Source: Paraspadella gotoi
Taxonomy: Eukaryota > Animalia > Chaetognatha
Reading direction: 5' to 3'
DNA: 64,000 nt
Assembly (NCBI GenBank): GCA_051294375.1
Contig: CM119268.1
Span: 4,379,162-4,443,161 of the forward strand
In this document: one piece after another, positions 21,500 to 35,779 of the stretch
Layout of the letters: every line of letters begins with the position of its first letter
How positions within the stretch are numbered: the first letter of the stretch is position 1
Translations under genes and position numbers: made by a program
The notes under the pieces: generated by a model
What the model was told of the DNA's origin: nothing
The model's database searches: none
Seen by the model: only the letters and a program-made list of their open reading frames with translations

Positions 21500-21727
21500 G
21501 AAAAAGAGAAAGAAAGTTAAAGGAGATAGAAAAGAGAAGGAAGAAGGAAAAAGGGAAAGAAAGGTGGAGGAGATAGAAAAGAGAAAGAAAAAAGATAAAG
21601 GGAAAGAAAGGTGGAGGAGATAGAAAAGAGAAGGAAGAACGATAAAAGGAAAGAAAGGTGGAGGAGATAGAAAAGAGAAGGAAGAAGGATAAAGGGAAAG
21701 AAAGGTGGAGGAGATAGAAAAGAGAAG
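21500..21727. repeat. Purine-rich minisatellite, unit about 46 bp
   Basis: Repeated gaaagaaaggtggaggagatagaaaagagaag running into an N gap. Confidence 0.85.
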
Positions 21728-22583
21728 NNNNNNNNNNNNNNNNNNNNNNNNNNNNNNNNNNNNNNNNNNNNNNNNNNNNNNNNNNNNNNNNNNNNNNNNN
21801 NNNNNNNNNNNNNNNNNNNNNNNNNNNNNNNNNNNNNNNNNNNNNNNNNNNNNNNNNNNNNNNNNNNNNNNNNNNNNNNNNNNNNNNNNNNNNNNNNNNN
21901 NNNNNNNNNNNNNNNNNNNNNNNNNNNNNNNNNNNNNNNNNNNNNNNNNNNNNNNNNNNNNNNNNNNNNNNNNNNNNNNNNNNNNNNNNNNNNNNNNNNN
22001 NNNNNNNNNNNNNNNNNNNNNNNNNNNNNNNNNNNNNNNNNNNNNNNNNNNNNNNNNNNNNNNNNNNNNNNNNNNNNNNNNNNNNNNNNNNNNNNNNNNN
22101 NNNNNNNNNNNNNNNNNNNNNNNNNNNNNNNNNNNNNNNNNNNNNNNNNNNNNNNNNNNNNNNNNNNNNNNNNNNNNNNNNNNNNNNNNNNNNNNNNNNN
22201 NNNNNNNNNNNNNNNNNNNNNNNNNNNNNNNNNNNNNNNNNNNNNNNNNNNNNNNNNNNNNNNNNNNNNNNNNNNNNNNNNNNNNNNNNNNNNNNNCATC
22301 CTCTATGTACGGAATTGTTTTGATATTTTTTCAATCACTATCATTTCTCATTAATTAATGGATACTGAAAGTTAAAAAAACGAAAGAAAATGGCTTCCTT
22401 TTTTTTCCATTTCTATCTTTTCCTCTCCTTCCTTTCTATATTTTTTTCTCTTCACTTAAAGCCATAATCCTTATCTCCTGGCGATGACTTTTCTCTACCT
22501 TCATGTATCATATATTATCCCGAACACATCTACGCTTTCTTCCATTCCGTCAAAGAATTTCTTACCACTTTTGCAGGTTGCGT

Positions 22584-22624
<41 letters not shown>

Positions 22625-23049
22625 CAAAGGGCACCCAAGCTTTCTTAGCCCTCATCCAATTTTCAGTTTATTTTCTTCCGCGCAGGAAATTTCGCCAGAG
22701 GGCGCGGAGTCGGTAAGGTTTGTTCATGCGTTGCGACCTAACGGATCCTCAACAGACTCTTAACCTTACTCAACTAAATAATGTATTTGTTATACCAATT
22801 ATAATTGCATACATCTTTTTAGGAAAACCACTTACTAAGGGCGATGAAAAGCCGTCCACAAAAGAAACTCACCGTTTAAAAACTCCTCTAAATTGTCCTC
22901 TTACTGTCACAACAAAGGCCAACGATTCCCTACATTGCTTGTGAAGTCACATATCATTTCACTTGTAATCACATACAACTTCAGCTTCCTCACCTAACCC
23001 TCACTCTTCGCCCCACTAACCCTCACCCTACTCACCCACCCTACCTTAC

Positions 23050-23241
23050 CTGGAAGGAGTAGGGCGGGACGGTTCTCAGGAAGGAAGGGTTGAGATTTTT
23101 GTCAGAGAAGGCCGACTCTCTGGCCGAGATGCCGATGACCGGGATGTGATAGAACCCGGCCGTGTAGGAGACCGAGGTCGGTGACAAGTCGTCCCCCATA
23201 AGGTGGGAATTCTCCGGTTGACCCACGATCACCGCGTAGAC
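23050..23241 (-). CDS. GRIN1: NMDA receptor subunit 1 (GluN1) amino-terminal domain exon
   Basis: cag|...|gtaagg exon of 192 nt, phase 0/0: [64 protein letters not shown]. Matches the GluN1 signature [12 protein letters not shown]...R...SDK....[11 protein letters not shown]. Confidence 0.95.
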
Positions 23242-23453
23242 CTGACATGCGGGGGAAAGGGAAAAGAGAGGGAGAGGGAGAGAATGGTGGTGAGATAAAG
23301 ACGGAGACAGAACAGGATATATATATATATAATTAATTGTACATTTTAAAATTTAAATTGTTGTTCTTCAAATGTGAAGGACAGAATAAGACTTCTAGTA
23401 AGCTGACCCAATGCAGTATCACCGCAACTATTTTTTGGAAGAAGGGGGATGGA

Positions 23454-23456
<3 letters not shown>

Positions 23457-23523
<67 letters not shown>

Positions 23524-23955
23524 GTTGTTGTTTATGTTGTCTCTGCTTTCAGACTTATTTTACAAATGGCGACGTTCGAGGTTTCAAAAGTGGTTTATTT
23601 ATCGAAGTTAAAAACAGACGAGGTTATAAAAGCATTTCCAAATTGTTTGTAAACAATCCAAATAAATAATAAAATTTCAGTTAAAAGGTAAATAAACGGT
23701 CTTAAAACCGTTTCGGACGTCGTAACTTTGAGGAAACTGAAGAATTTACAAAATTCCAAATCAAACGTTATCTAAAATAACTCAGATTGCCTCGGCACAA
23801 CCCTTTTTCCCTCTTCTTCAATTATCCGTCGTCGCGATTCCGATCGCGAATTTGGGAAACTTGAAACAAGATATTTTCATTCCCAATCGTCGGACGTTGA
23901 GCCGTCTTCCCCTACGGCGACGCTCGCCACCGCCGATACAATTATATTATTATTA

Positions 23956-23995
<40 letters not shown>

Positions 23996-24075
23996 GATTA
24001 TTATTATTATTATTGTTATTATTATATGTTATTATTATTATTGTTATTATTATTATTGTTATTATTATTATTACT
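23457..24075. repeat. Two (ATT)n microsatellite tracts (23457-23523 and 23940-24075)
   Basis: Visible. Confidence 0.95.
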
Positions 24076-26023
24076 AAGATAATGTTTTTCTTAAAAAATT
24101 ACGAAAAGTTACTTAAAATTATAGTTTGAGCACAACTTCTAAGAAATGATAAATTTTCCGAGAAATATAAAATATTCCGCCGAAAGAACTTTTTCTCTTT
24201 CTCATTAGTTTCACTCAACGATCAACAACAGATGGAGAGATTCGATCATACATCTTAGCCTAAGGCAGGTGCGAGCTAGCCCTTTCGCCGCGGCACCTGA
24301 CCAACGCGCGTAGACGGTCAGGTGTCGAGGGAAAACGCCAGCATCTGCCTTCGATGCTGATTGATGAGCGGCGGCGGAGGCGGCGGCGGCGGCGGCGGCG
24401 GCGGCGGACAGAAAGATTAATGAGTCACGGGAGAACCGAGAAGGAAATCTTTTTTTTTTCTTTCTATTCGATGATTCATTCTTCGATTTGAAAGATCGGT
24501 CGCTTTTGTCTCGGTGGCCGAGCGAGTAAAAAGCAGGCATCCTGGACAGACGCGTACCGAGTTCGATCCCTGTCATCGTCGCTTTCTTTCACCTTTCAAA
24601 TCGAATAGGATCCCAGAACGAAGAAATTTTAGATGAAATATACGCTGGTTCCGTTCCGAAACTTAGGGTCGAAGGGGTCATTAACCAAAGTGGACAAGAT
24701 GACCCAGATTTCCCGAGGTGGAAAAGATTAAGATTTGGGACGAAGACGATGATTTTTTTTAGTGAAAAGATTTGGGGTCGTCGAAGATTTGGTGTCAACG
24801 AAGATTTATCCTTTACTTTAATCTCTAACCATTAATTTTAAACCCTAATCCGTAACCTTACCTTTATTCCTAACCGAAATCCTTAACCCAAATCAGTGAG
24901 TGATTAGTAATCGCTCACCTAGAACCTAGCCACTAACCTAACCATAAAATGAAAAAAAATTTATCTGTGTGAAGAATTCTGATGCTTCACGCCCCCAGTG
25001 CCGCTCCTTCCAAACATCGCTCTTTCCGTGTTACAATTTGACGAGGAAGCTTTATGGAAAAATTGGCTTATTTAACCGCTGAATCACGCGGTCAATTATG
25101 AGAGGAAAAGTCGTGAATCAAATTCTTAGGCTTTATTTTCAATTAAAATATCCATAAGTTTTGCCGTAAAAAAAGAGCGGTCAAACTCAATCACAAAGAA
25201 TTTTTAGGCGAATCTGATTGAACGTAAAAACGTGAGAGAGAAAGACGAAAAAATAACCTGGCATGGTATTTCCCAATTTCAACCGTCGCCCTTTTTGGAA
25301 AACATGTCCAGCTTTTCCTCGACCTTTCCTCACCCTTTACCTCTCTTCAGTCTTCACCTTACCATTCCTCACCCTCGACATGTCCTGTCCTTACCTTACC
25401 TTTTCTTTTCGTCTCCAGCATCGACTTTTTTTTTTCATTAAGATTTTTCGAGGTCAACGACTCGAGTACAGCGGGCGACGATGTACAGTGGACGGGGAAT
25501 AAGACGTCGAGCGTAGGTCAATGCGCATGCAGGAGAGTGGGCCAGCGAAATTAAAAGTAAACATTGTTTTTAATACTTTTTAAAGGTTTTTTTTAAATTA
25601 ACTAATCGATAATAAAAAAAAGAAAAGAAACGGAAGTCCAATCAATTATCTTTACGTGGAAAAAACGATAGAAACGACATCCGCAGTAAAATTAACCCTA
25701 ATCTATCACTTGATCTTTTGTTCCCTTTTTATTTACGAGGTCTCAACGCCGCCGCCGCCGCCACCGCCGCCGCCGCCGCAGCAGCTGCCACAGCCGATTA
25801 TTCATTATCTTCTCTCTGCGTCTCGATTCTTCATCATTTATTTCACTCTTTTAACCTTTCCTTTTTTCCTTTTTTATTACCTTTCCTTTCATTTCTTTTT
25901 TCTTTTCTTTTTTTCTTTTCTTTTCTTTTTCTTTTCTATTTCTCACCTTCGTCTTTCTTATGAAGGAGAAAACCACTGAGAGACTCTCGGCGATGAATAA
26001 CCTCGCATAGCGTGGCGATTGGC

Positions 26024-26079
26024 GATGATGACGATGATGATGACGGTGATGATGATGATGATGACGATGATGATGACGG

Positions 26080-26132
<53 letters not shown>

Positions 26133-26470
26133 ATAATGATAATGATGATGATAATGATTGTGAAGATTATGATGATGATGATGATAAAAAAGATGATAAT
26201 GACGATAATGATGATGATGATGATGATGACGATGATGATGATGATGATTATGATGATTTTGATGATTATGGGGATGGTGATAATGATGATGATGATGTTG
26301 ACGATGATGGTGATGATAATGATGATGATATTTAAGATGATGACAGTGATGATGATGATGGCGATTGATAATGATAATAACGACGACGACGAGGATGATT
26401 AAGACGATGATAATGAAGATTATGTGGATGATAATGATGGTGACGATGATGTTGATGATGACGATAATCA
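26024..26470. repeat. (GAT)n degenerate microsatellite
   Basis: Visible; gives rise to the poly-D, poly-M and poly-H pseudo-ORFs. Confidence 0.95.
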
Positions 26471-26554
26471 TTACGACGTTTCACTTTTGTTTTTTTCTTT
26501 CCAAAAAACATCATTTACTTTCAAACGTTCAACGATCATGTTTCTGATTTCGCC

Positions 26555-27210
26555 ACCCGATCCCCCGTTCCAATCCCTTCATGATCCCCCGTTCCAATCC
26601 CTTAATTATCCTTCGTCCGATCCCCGGGTCCGATCCTCCTCCTTAGCCCTGTTCCCAAGTCCGATCCCCTCAGTCCCATCCCACCGGTCCGATCCCACCA
26701 GACCGATCCCCTGGTTTCCCGCCTCCTATCTTTGATCCCCTGATCCTCGGTCCCTGATTCCGTGGTTCCCACCCCTATCCCCTGATTCCCCTAGTTCCAC
26801 CCCCTGATTCCCTGATTCCCTGGTTCCCACTCCCTGTGTTGGACATAAACTCTCGTCGTAATCCCCTGACCCCCTGATCTTCTGATTCCCCTGGTCACCT
26901 GATCCATGATCCCCTAATTCCCACCCCCTGATTCTCCTAATTCCCCAAGTTCCCCAACCTGATTCCCCTGGTCCCCTGATTCCCCTACCTCCTGATTCCC
27001 CTAGTGCCACCCCCTGATACCCTGATCTCTGATTCCCTGCTTGCACCCACTGATCCCTTATTCCCCTAGTTTCAACCACCTGATCCCTAATCCCTAATTC
27101 CCTTATCTCCTGGTCCCCTAATCCTGATATTTCTGCTTCGCACCCCGAATCCCCTGATTCCCCTAGTTTCCCACCTTCTGATCCCCTAATCCTCTGATCC
27201 CCCGTCCCGA
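26555..27210. repeat. Degenerate CCCCTGATT(C) minisatellite
   Basis: Dozens of 8-10 bp ccctgatt/cccctagtt units. Confidence 0.85.
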
Positions 27211-28476
27211 ATCGGGAAGAGATTGGGTTGGGGATTTGTTCGACGACTTCTTCGTCTGAATAATTCATCTGGCCTCTTGGACGGAGGAAAGAGGCGGGTG
27301 GAGAATATGTGGGTAGGGGGGTGGTTGAGGGTGGTCGGTCGGTTCATGTGGGTTGGGGGGGGAAGAACTGGGAGGGCGGGCGGCGAAATATGTTCGGCGC
27401 TTATCGACTAATGGTTTCTTCGTTTGTCGATTCGTCGTGGCGACGGAGTTATCGTCTTCGTTGTCGCCCTCGTTATCGTCGTCGTCGTAATTGTCGTCGT
27501 CTTCTTTGTCGTCTTCGTTATCGTCGTCGTTATCGTCTTCATCGTCGTCGTCGTCGTAAGTAGAAATTTATGGTAGGCGAAGGGATGCAGGTGTTTTTGC
27601 TGCGTTATCGAGCGTGAGGTCAGACAATCGGTTTCCTTCGCGGTTAAAACGTCGCAAAGAAGTCGACGATAAAATGTTATCACTGGAAATGTTTATGATG
27701 TAGTTGAAATTGTTAAATTCGTACTTTATACGCGTATTATCATCGCAGGGAATGGATTTATTCAATTTATTTTCTGCGACGTCATAAAGAAACGAGAGAT
27801 ATACAATTTTGAACATTTTAAATAACCATTTAAAAACGTTATTTTCCTGTAAAGTTACTTTCGCCTCCGAAAGACTAAAATTTTAAAAAAAGAGCAACAA
27901 CTTCGCGGAGTAATTACGAAAGATGACGAAAAACACCGACGCGCCCAAGAGATGGAACGTCGGGTTGTTTTTGTCGCTTACAGAACCGCGATGAGTTATG
28001 ATATAAACAAAAAGGAAACGGCTGTGGGAAAACCTTTTTTTTTTGTTCTTTTAATTTTTTTTGTTGTTCGTTTGTTTTGGTTTATTACAGGATGAGAGAC
28101 GCCTAGAGGCACAAAATTACATCGTCTGGAACATGACCTTTAAAATCAAGAGACGTCCGGAAAGGAAGCGCGAAACCTTTGTACGGACGATCGTCCGAGA
28201 ATGACGACCTCATTGTCCGAATCGACACGTAGGCGGCGTATTCTCATCTCGATCCTACATTTCTCGGCTCTCCTTTCCAAAAGCGGTCCATTTTTGTTTA
28301 ACCTTAAATGATAACAAAGCCATAACCCAACCCTTACCTAAATTCCTTACCCTATTTCTTAACCGTAACCTAATCTTTAACGCTAATACTAAACGCTACT
28401 CTCTAATCTCATGATCTTTAAACCTTAATCCCTAACGCTTTTACGCCAGTCCACGGCTTGCTAGGCCTTGCTACGT

Positions 28477-28538
28477 AATACAACGCCCTGCTACGCCTTG
28501 CTACGCCCTGCTACGCCTTGCTACGTCCTGCTACGCCT
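28477..28538. repeat. 10-bp minisatellite (CCTTGCTACG-like)
   Basis: Visible tandem units. Confidence 0.85.
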
Positions 28539-29265
28539 TAATTCGCGGCCCAGATGAGGGATCCCTCGACGCGATTTCTCCCGCCTCCGAAAAGATGAAT
28601 CTCCCCTTAGAGATTTCAAATTCATTTCCTCACAAAGAGCGAGCCAGGAGACAGAGAGGAAGAGAGCAGAGCAGACAGAGAACGAGAGAGAGAGGAGAGG
28701 TAGAGAAGACAGAAGAGAGGAGAGAGAGGACGAGAGAGGCAGAGAGAGAGAGAGCGTGCTATTCAAACATGGAAAAGAAAAGAAAAATTCAGAAATCTAT
28801 CTTCTTAATTCACAGAGAAAGATAACAGTAATGGCATTTGTTTAGTTAATGAAATTCTTATCAAAAGGCATCATTAATATTCAAACGCTACATATTTCAC
28901 TTCTTTTTTTTATACATTTTTTTCATACAAAACGTTTTTCCACAATCAACCTTTCACTCTTTCAGAATTTATTTCGTATTTTGATTAACTATTTCTGAAC
29001 CACCAAGTCTCTTTAAATCAGCCTTACTTTTTCTCTCACCGTTTCTTCTATGACTGGTTTCGCTTCACTGACTTCAACAGCACTAACTCCCAATCCAATT
29101 TCATCATATTTGCGTAAAAACTAACTCGTTTTCTCCAAAAATACCCGACTCATAAAAGATTCAGAAGAATAAGGCAAAAATATTAGTATTTTTTCATTTT
29201 AATTTCATTATATTAATTTTATTTAAGTTAATTATAATAATTTAATTTTATAATAATTCTATATT

Positions 29266-29505
29266 ATTAGTTGCACCGCGAGTATACGCGGAACAACTCT
29301 ATAAGTCACTTTTCGGTCGGTCCGTCGGTCCGACGGTCTGTCCCACAAACGTTAAAAATGCATATAATTTGCCTATAGTTAAGACAGCAAACCTAAATTC
29401 TAAGCACCACCTTTAGGAATTCCTAAAACTATAAGGAATAAAAGACGGAATATGATCAAAAGGAAATACACGTGGAAATAAAATAACTGCGGCGCAACAC
29501 ATTGG
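29266..29505 (+). mobile_element. Short HINE/DINE-1-like element
   Basis: Starts TTAGTTGCACCGC, then CAACTCTATAAGTCAC and a GTCG/GTCC microsatellite; ends with the inverted subterminal repeat GCGGCGCAAC followed by ACATT. Confidence 0.6.
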
Positions 29506-29955
29506 ATTTACCGTTTTTGTATTTATATTATTTGACTTAAACCTTAATCTATTTACTTATTATAATCGAAAATTGTCTTTTTCTATCGTTTTTTTTTCCT
29601 CGCTGTTATTTCCGGTTCTCCCCTCTCTCTCTCTCTCTCTCTCTCTGTGGATAAGGCGTTACGTGGGCTGAAGATGACTGTCCGTAACTTCTATAACCCC
29701 CTCTAGCAGCCATGGAACAGGACCCTGGGCTTGGAAGCAGGCTTGAGGGTTTGCCATGCCCCCAAAGCGGCTTTACGCGGCTTCCTCACGCTTCCCGCGC
29801 AGGGTAGATACCGGGTTGGGATGAAACCCGCGTATCCTGAGTGTCATGACTGATGGCTTTTACTCATGATGTCTAGCGGGTGAACCTTAGGCAATGCCCG
29901 ATACATTTTCTCTTCTCTCTTCTCTTTTTCTCTCTCTCCCTCCTCTTCTCTCTCT

Positions 29956-29991
<36 letters not shown>

Positions 29992-30149
29992 TCTCTCACT
30001 ATTTCCACGAAGTCGACGGTTTCCCGAAAATAGAAAGCTTTTTCTTTCTTTTTTTCCTGTCAAAAGGATTTTCTTTTCTTCTTCAAAACACGAATTCTCA
30101 CCAATCAATTTGAGGACAAAAACTGGCAACTGGACAGCCCGAGGGGAAG

Positions 30150-30189
<40 letters not shown>

Positions 30190-30466
30190 GAGAGAGAGGA
30201 GAGAGAGGAGAGAGAGAGAGAGAGAGAGACCAGAACCTGTAACTGAGAGAGAAGAATGCAGCAGCTGGAATCTTGAGAATTGAAATAAATGCTACTCATT
30301 TTTTGGTGGGTGTGTGTGAGAGGGGATGATAAGTTTTCCAGTCAAGGAATTCTTTTCTTTTCTTTCTTTCCTTTCTTTCCTTTTTTTCTCTTTTTCTTCT
30401 TTTTTCCAGATCTCCGTCTGAAATGAAACAAAATTAAAAAAAAACTATTTCTCATACTATAATAAT

Positions 30467-30860
30467 TTTTAGTTGCGCCGCGAGTATATACAACTCTATA
30501 AGTCACTTTATGGTCGGTCTGTAGGACGGTCGGTCCGTCGAACGGTATGTCTGCCCGTCGGTCGGTATGTCTGTCCGTTGGTCTGTCCCACTGACGTTAA
30601 AAATGCATATACTTTCCCTATTATTGGTTTCTCAATTATTGCTCAATTGCTCAATTGCTCAAATGCTCATATGTTAAGACAGAAAAAAGCCTCAAATCTA
30701 AGGGACTGCAAGCGCCGCCTTCAGGAAATCTGGAAATTTGATGCATGTCATAAGAAAGTTATTGTAGTCAAGTAGTCATGTTAGGTCAAGTCATGTCATG
30801 TCATATCATGTCACGAAAAAATACACATTATAAGGTGGTCACTGCGGCTCAACACATTTG
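30467..30860 (+). mobile_element. Short HINE/DINE-1-like element, same family
   Basis: TTTTAGTTGCGCCGC...CAACTCTATAAGTCAC...(GTCG)n...GCGGCTCAACACATT; homologous to 29266-29505. Confidence 0.6.
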
Positions 30861-31489
30861 AATTACCGTTCTTGTTTTTTATTTCCTCAATTTTTCCCCT
30901 TTTTTTTTTCCCCGCCAACCTTAGATCCAGACCCAATTTTTTTTTCTTTTCTCATTTTTTTTTCTTTTTCTCTCTCATGTTCCCTCAACATTTGGCAAAT
31001 GTTTTTAGTTTCTTTTTTCTTTCCTGACAAATTAATTTTTTAAAAGTTAACAACTTTTTTTTCATAATTAAAAAAAAACTGGTATTGTCCAGTTTCCTAG
31101 CAAAAAGAATTATTAATAAATGTATCTAATTCATGAATTTTGATTCGTGAAGACAACGAAGACGATAACGATGATAATAAAGGCAACCATAACGATTACA
31201 ACGAAGCCGACGATAACGACGACGAAGACAATAACGAAGGCGACGATATCTCAGAAGACGATAACGACGACGACGAAGACGACGACGACGACGACGACGA
31301 TACGATGCCGAAAACCAAAATCGATAAAGATGACGACGACGACGATGACGACGACGACTCAAGTAGAAAATAAAATAATAAAAAGTTTTCTATCACAAAT
31401 ATTCCTTAAGAGTTAAGAAAAATAATAAAATATGAAGACGAATCGAGAAAATTAATCTTAATTAATTAGGAAAAAGAAAAAGAGCTCGG

Positions 31490-31534
<45 letters not shown>

Positions 31535-31617
31535 ACTCTCTGTCTTTCACTGGCCGGCAAAGCGTTTGGAATGTGCTCACGCATAAGAGAGACAGTCGAA
31601 GGATTATTTTTTTGTCA

Positions 31618-31657
<40 letters not shown>

Positions 31658-32544
31658 ATTTTAGTCGTATTTTTTTGAATGAGTATTCGTCGCTATTTCA
31701 ATAAAAGCTAAAAAGCAAAAAAAAGAGAATGTTAATGGATATTATAAATTTTCATTTTGTTCATTCTGTATATATATCCGTACCAACTCGTTGTAAAGAA
31801 CTTAAAAATAGAATTCAATCTTAATTTAAGTTACTCTCGTAACAATGAATACATTCCTTCCCAAAACGAAGAGCAACGACAACGACGATCAGCCAAACGG
31901 AGGAATGAAGACGACATTCCGCGACTCTCTCTTCCTGCAAATATTTTTTTCTGCCAGAATATCCATCAAGAAAATTTCTTCCTCCGATCGTGACAGAGTT
32001 TTTTCTTTTTTTTTCTTTCTTTCTTTTTCGTTCTTTTTTCCTTTTTCCCCCTTTTCTTTTTCGCAATGAAAAAAAATCGCGTTTCGATGCAAATCAAAGG
32101 GAAAATCCTCCCGAGCGAAAAGGAAAATCCATTTCCGGTGGTTTAGCGCCAAAATTGATATCTCCCTCTGCACCCCTGGTCCCTCTCCGTTTGACTGTCA
32201 TGAACCGTCTCCCTATGCACCCCTGAACCCTCTCTGTTTAACACCCATGAACCGTCTCCCTATGCACCCCTGAACCATCTTTGCACTCCTCGAACCTCAC
32301 CGATTAAACCCTTCGACCGTCACTATCTTTTAAAACCCTTTAGGGTTTACACCCCTTTACACCCCTGAAACCTCCAATTAACACTGTGGACAACCTTTAA
32401 AAACCAGAACAAACTTTTAAATTTCTTTTACACTGCATTAGCTTTTTTTTACTCAAGTCTGTATATATGTACTAAGTAATACTTAGTAAAACTTAGTAAG
32501 TATGTGTAGCAGTCATGTTTTGTCACAATGACTCATGTAAATAT

Positions 32545-32629
<85 letters not shown>

Positions 32630-32802
32630 ACCGCCTATCGTTACCTCGCTCGAAAAATAGCGTTGGTGCTAATGTCATAACTTATCACACCTCAACAGTC
32701 CCAAACACAAATAAACATTTGAGAGCTTGGGAAAAGGGAGAGAAAGAGAGAGAGAGATAGAGAGAGATTGAAAGATTGAAAGAGAGAGCGAGAGCGAGAG
32801 AG

Positions 32803-32850
<48 letters not shown>

Positions 32851-32961
32851 TTTATGTAACAGGAAACTTCCTTTCGTCGGAAAAAATTCAGTGGAAATAA
32901 TTTTCTTGGATTTTTTGGAAGATTAAATTTGAGTTTGAGGCGAAGCTCACGAGCATATACA

Positions 32962-32992
<31 letters not shown>

Positions 32993-33716
32993 GTATTCGT
33001 TGATGTATTCGTTGATGTTGTCGTTGATGTAGTCGTTACTGCAGTCGTTGCTGTAGTTGATGTGGCGAGAAAACATCTTTTTCATCAGCAACAAATCTCA
33101 AGATCATTCTCGTCCGACGCGGGAGAGAAAATAAGAAATTCCATTGGCGACGAAACCACGGGGGAAAACAGAATTATAAACATATCAGCAGACATCTGAG
33201 TGTGACAGAGAGCGAGAGGGAGGTAAGAGTGACAGAATGAGGGAGAGGTGGAGAGGAGAGAGAGAGAGAGAGAGAGAGAGGATAGAGAGAGTAAAGACTT
33301 GATCCCTTTTACCATTTTCTTGCTTTTTCTCTTCATGGTTTCTTTACTAGCTATTAATAGTACTATGCTTAATTGTCCATTGATACATTGTACAATTTAA
33401 GAAACCATCCGTCTGTCAATACAAGCAATGATATTTGCAACAATCAGTTCATCCATACAAATTTTCATCCGTTGCAACAATTTCACACCCCATATAACGC
33501 ATGACACCTTCAGTCGTGACCCCGTGGCTTATTGATTATTACCATCAGCTTATTGACCATTAGCTATCTTCCCTGCGGCAAGTGTGAGAACTGCCGTAAT
33601 TCACCTTGAAGGCATGGAAAACCATCCATCCTGGTTCCAAGGCTGCGAGGGAAGAAGTTAAGGATATGAAAAAATTTCTATGAACAACTTATTTAATCCC
33701 CTGAGCATCCAAAGAA

Positions 33717-33918
33717 CGGCGGCGGTGGCGGTGCGGTGGCGGTGGCGGTGGCGGTGGCGTTGGCGGCGGCGGCGGCGGAGGCGGTGGCGGCGGTGGTGGC
33801 GGTGGCGGTGGCGGCGGCGGCGGCGTTGGCGGCGGCGGCGTTGGCGGCGTTGGCGGCGGCGGGCGTTGGCGGTGGCGGCGGCGGCGGCGATGGCGGTGGC
33901 AGTGGCGGTTTTGGCGGC
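33717..33918. repeat. (GGC/GGT)n GC-rich microsatellite (copy at about 44117-44300)
   Basis: Visible. Confidence 0.95.
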
Positions 33919-34025
33919 GCGAGTGCGTCCTTCATCAAAGTGGCAACTGCGGTCGTAAATCAAGAGGTGACGTTTTCGTCGCGATTCCCTTTCGCCACGA
34001 AACAGACGACGGAGGCGAGGGAAGA

Positions 34026-34148
<123 letters not shown>

Positions 34149-34249
34149 GCAAACGGCTTTTCTTGTTAAGTTAAACAAAAACAAATCGCATCCGGGAAAA
34201 GTTACAAAGCGACGATGATGACAAAATAGGATCAACAAAAACGATGACG

Positions 34250-34282
<33 letters not shown>

Positions 34283-34400
34283 CTTTTTATGAAAAATTAT
34301 CGTAAAAAAAACTTGTAGGTACATTTCTGTCGGTTCCTTAAGTTGACGAAGACAAATTAGCGTCTGCGGAAGAAGTAGATGGGAGAACAGCAGGGGGAAG

Positions 34401-34459
<59 letters not shown>

Positions 34460-35779
34460 TAAAAACTCGTTCGACCTCAATTTTAAATGATAAATGTTGA
34501 AAAGAAAAAAAACAAAAAAAGTAAACCATCTTTAGATTTACGGAGTTTGATCAACTGTTTGCAAACTTGAAAGAAAAAACAAATTTTATTCATTTAAAAA
34601 TTAATAATCTTCTTCATCCGTTTTTGTGTTAAAGCTTCCAACTTAGTTGGTTTTACTTTGTAAAAAGAAATGTTCAATTATCGTCAACTAAATACGATTA
34701 GTTGGGATTAGCATAAAAAAAAACATTTAATCCTTTCATGGAATTTGAATTTGAAAAAAGGAAGGAAAAAAGGAAGGAAAAAATGAAGGAAAAAAGGAGG
34801 AAAATGGAAGGAAAAAAGGAAGGAAAAAAGGAAGGAAAAAAAAGAAATAAGGAAAAAAGAAAAAAGGAAAGAAAAAAGAAAGGAAAAAAGAAAGAAGAAA
34901 AAAATATACATGATAAAACTTGAGAAGGAAATGGTGAAAATCATTTTATCGAACATTAAACAAAAACGCCGAAGAATAAATAATTTTGAAAAAAATATGC
35001 AAAGATTTTTATTTGACAACAAGAAAAAAATTCTAACAGATACGTAAATAAAAATAAATAGACAAACGAATAGACGTAATTTCTAGCTAAATCTCGAAAC
35101 GTTCCAAAAAGAAAAAAAAAGGGTGGCAAAAGATAAAAAGGAAAAATATGTAAAAAAGATAAGAAACTTTTTTTTTCCGCGCTTTTGTCACAGACCCAAA
35201 TAATATGTGAGAGGGGGAAAAAAAGAGAAAAGAAAAAGGATTTTCCAAAACTCTGGATAAAATTAGCCTCATGATTAATCGAGCTTGGATTAAGGGGAGA
35301 GCGAGGTTGAATGAATGATGGACGCAGTAATTTAAGGGAGGGAAAATGATTAATAAATAAAGTGATTTAAGTGAGTGTGAACGTTTCTTGACAATTTTGA
35401 GACAGGGATCAGGAGAGTTCTCAGGCTGAAATACTTTTCTTTTGATTGTTAATGGAAATACTAAGCAATAAGTATCTTACGACACTTTATCATTTACTTG
35501 TTTCTTAAAATTCGTAGATTTTTATAGATTTTGGGTCATTTTGTTTACTAGACATTTTGCTTTTTTTGTGAGTGATAATTTTAGAACAAATTTTTTTTCC
35601 CTACAAAAAAGAAATTTATGTAAGAACAAAATCGTAAAATGTATCCTTATAAAGAACTCTTTAAAACAAAAAATTAATTATATGACCTTTCTGTTTATTT
35701 TTTTATGAAAAAATGGAGATTTATAAATTTATTTTTCTTTTTTTTTTTATAAACGAGAACGGTAATTCAAAGGTGTGAC

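Noticed and set aside
17875-22358. Long ORFs containing X runs
   Set aside because: Artefacts of translating through N gaps.
24211-24576. 121-aa minus-strand ORF as the missing first GluN1 exon
   Set aside because: No signal peptide, no NIGA-like or C..LI motif; partly a GCC repeat.
24825-24945. CCTAAC/CCCTAA-like runs (also 28320-28440) as interstitial telomere
   Set aside because: Highly degenerate, with no run of consecutive perfect telomeric units.
25851-26471. 206-aa poly-His ORF and the opposite-strand poly-Asp and poly-Met ORFs
   Set aside because: (GAT)n microsatellite open in multiple frames; no splice or domain evidence.
26726-27268. 180-aa Gly-rich, collagen-looking ORF
   Set aside because: Arises from the CCCCTGATT minisatellite; Gly-X-Y periodicity is not maintained.
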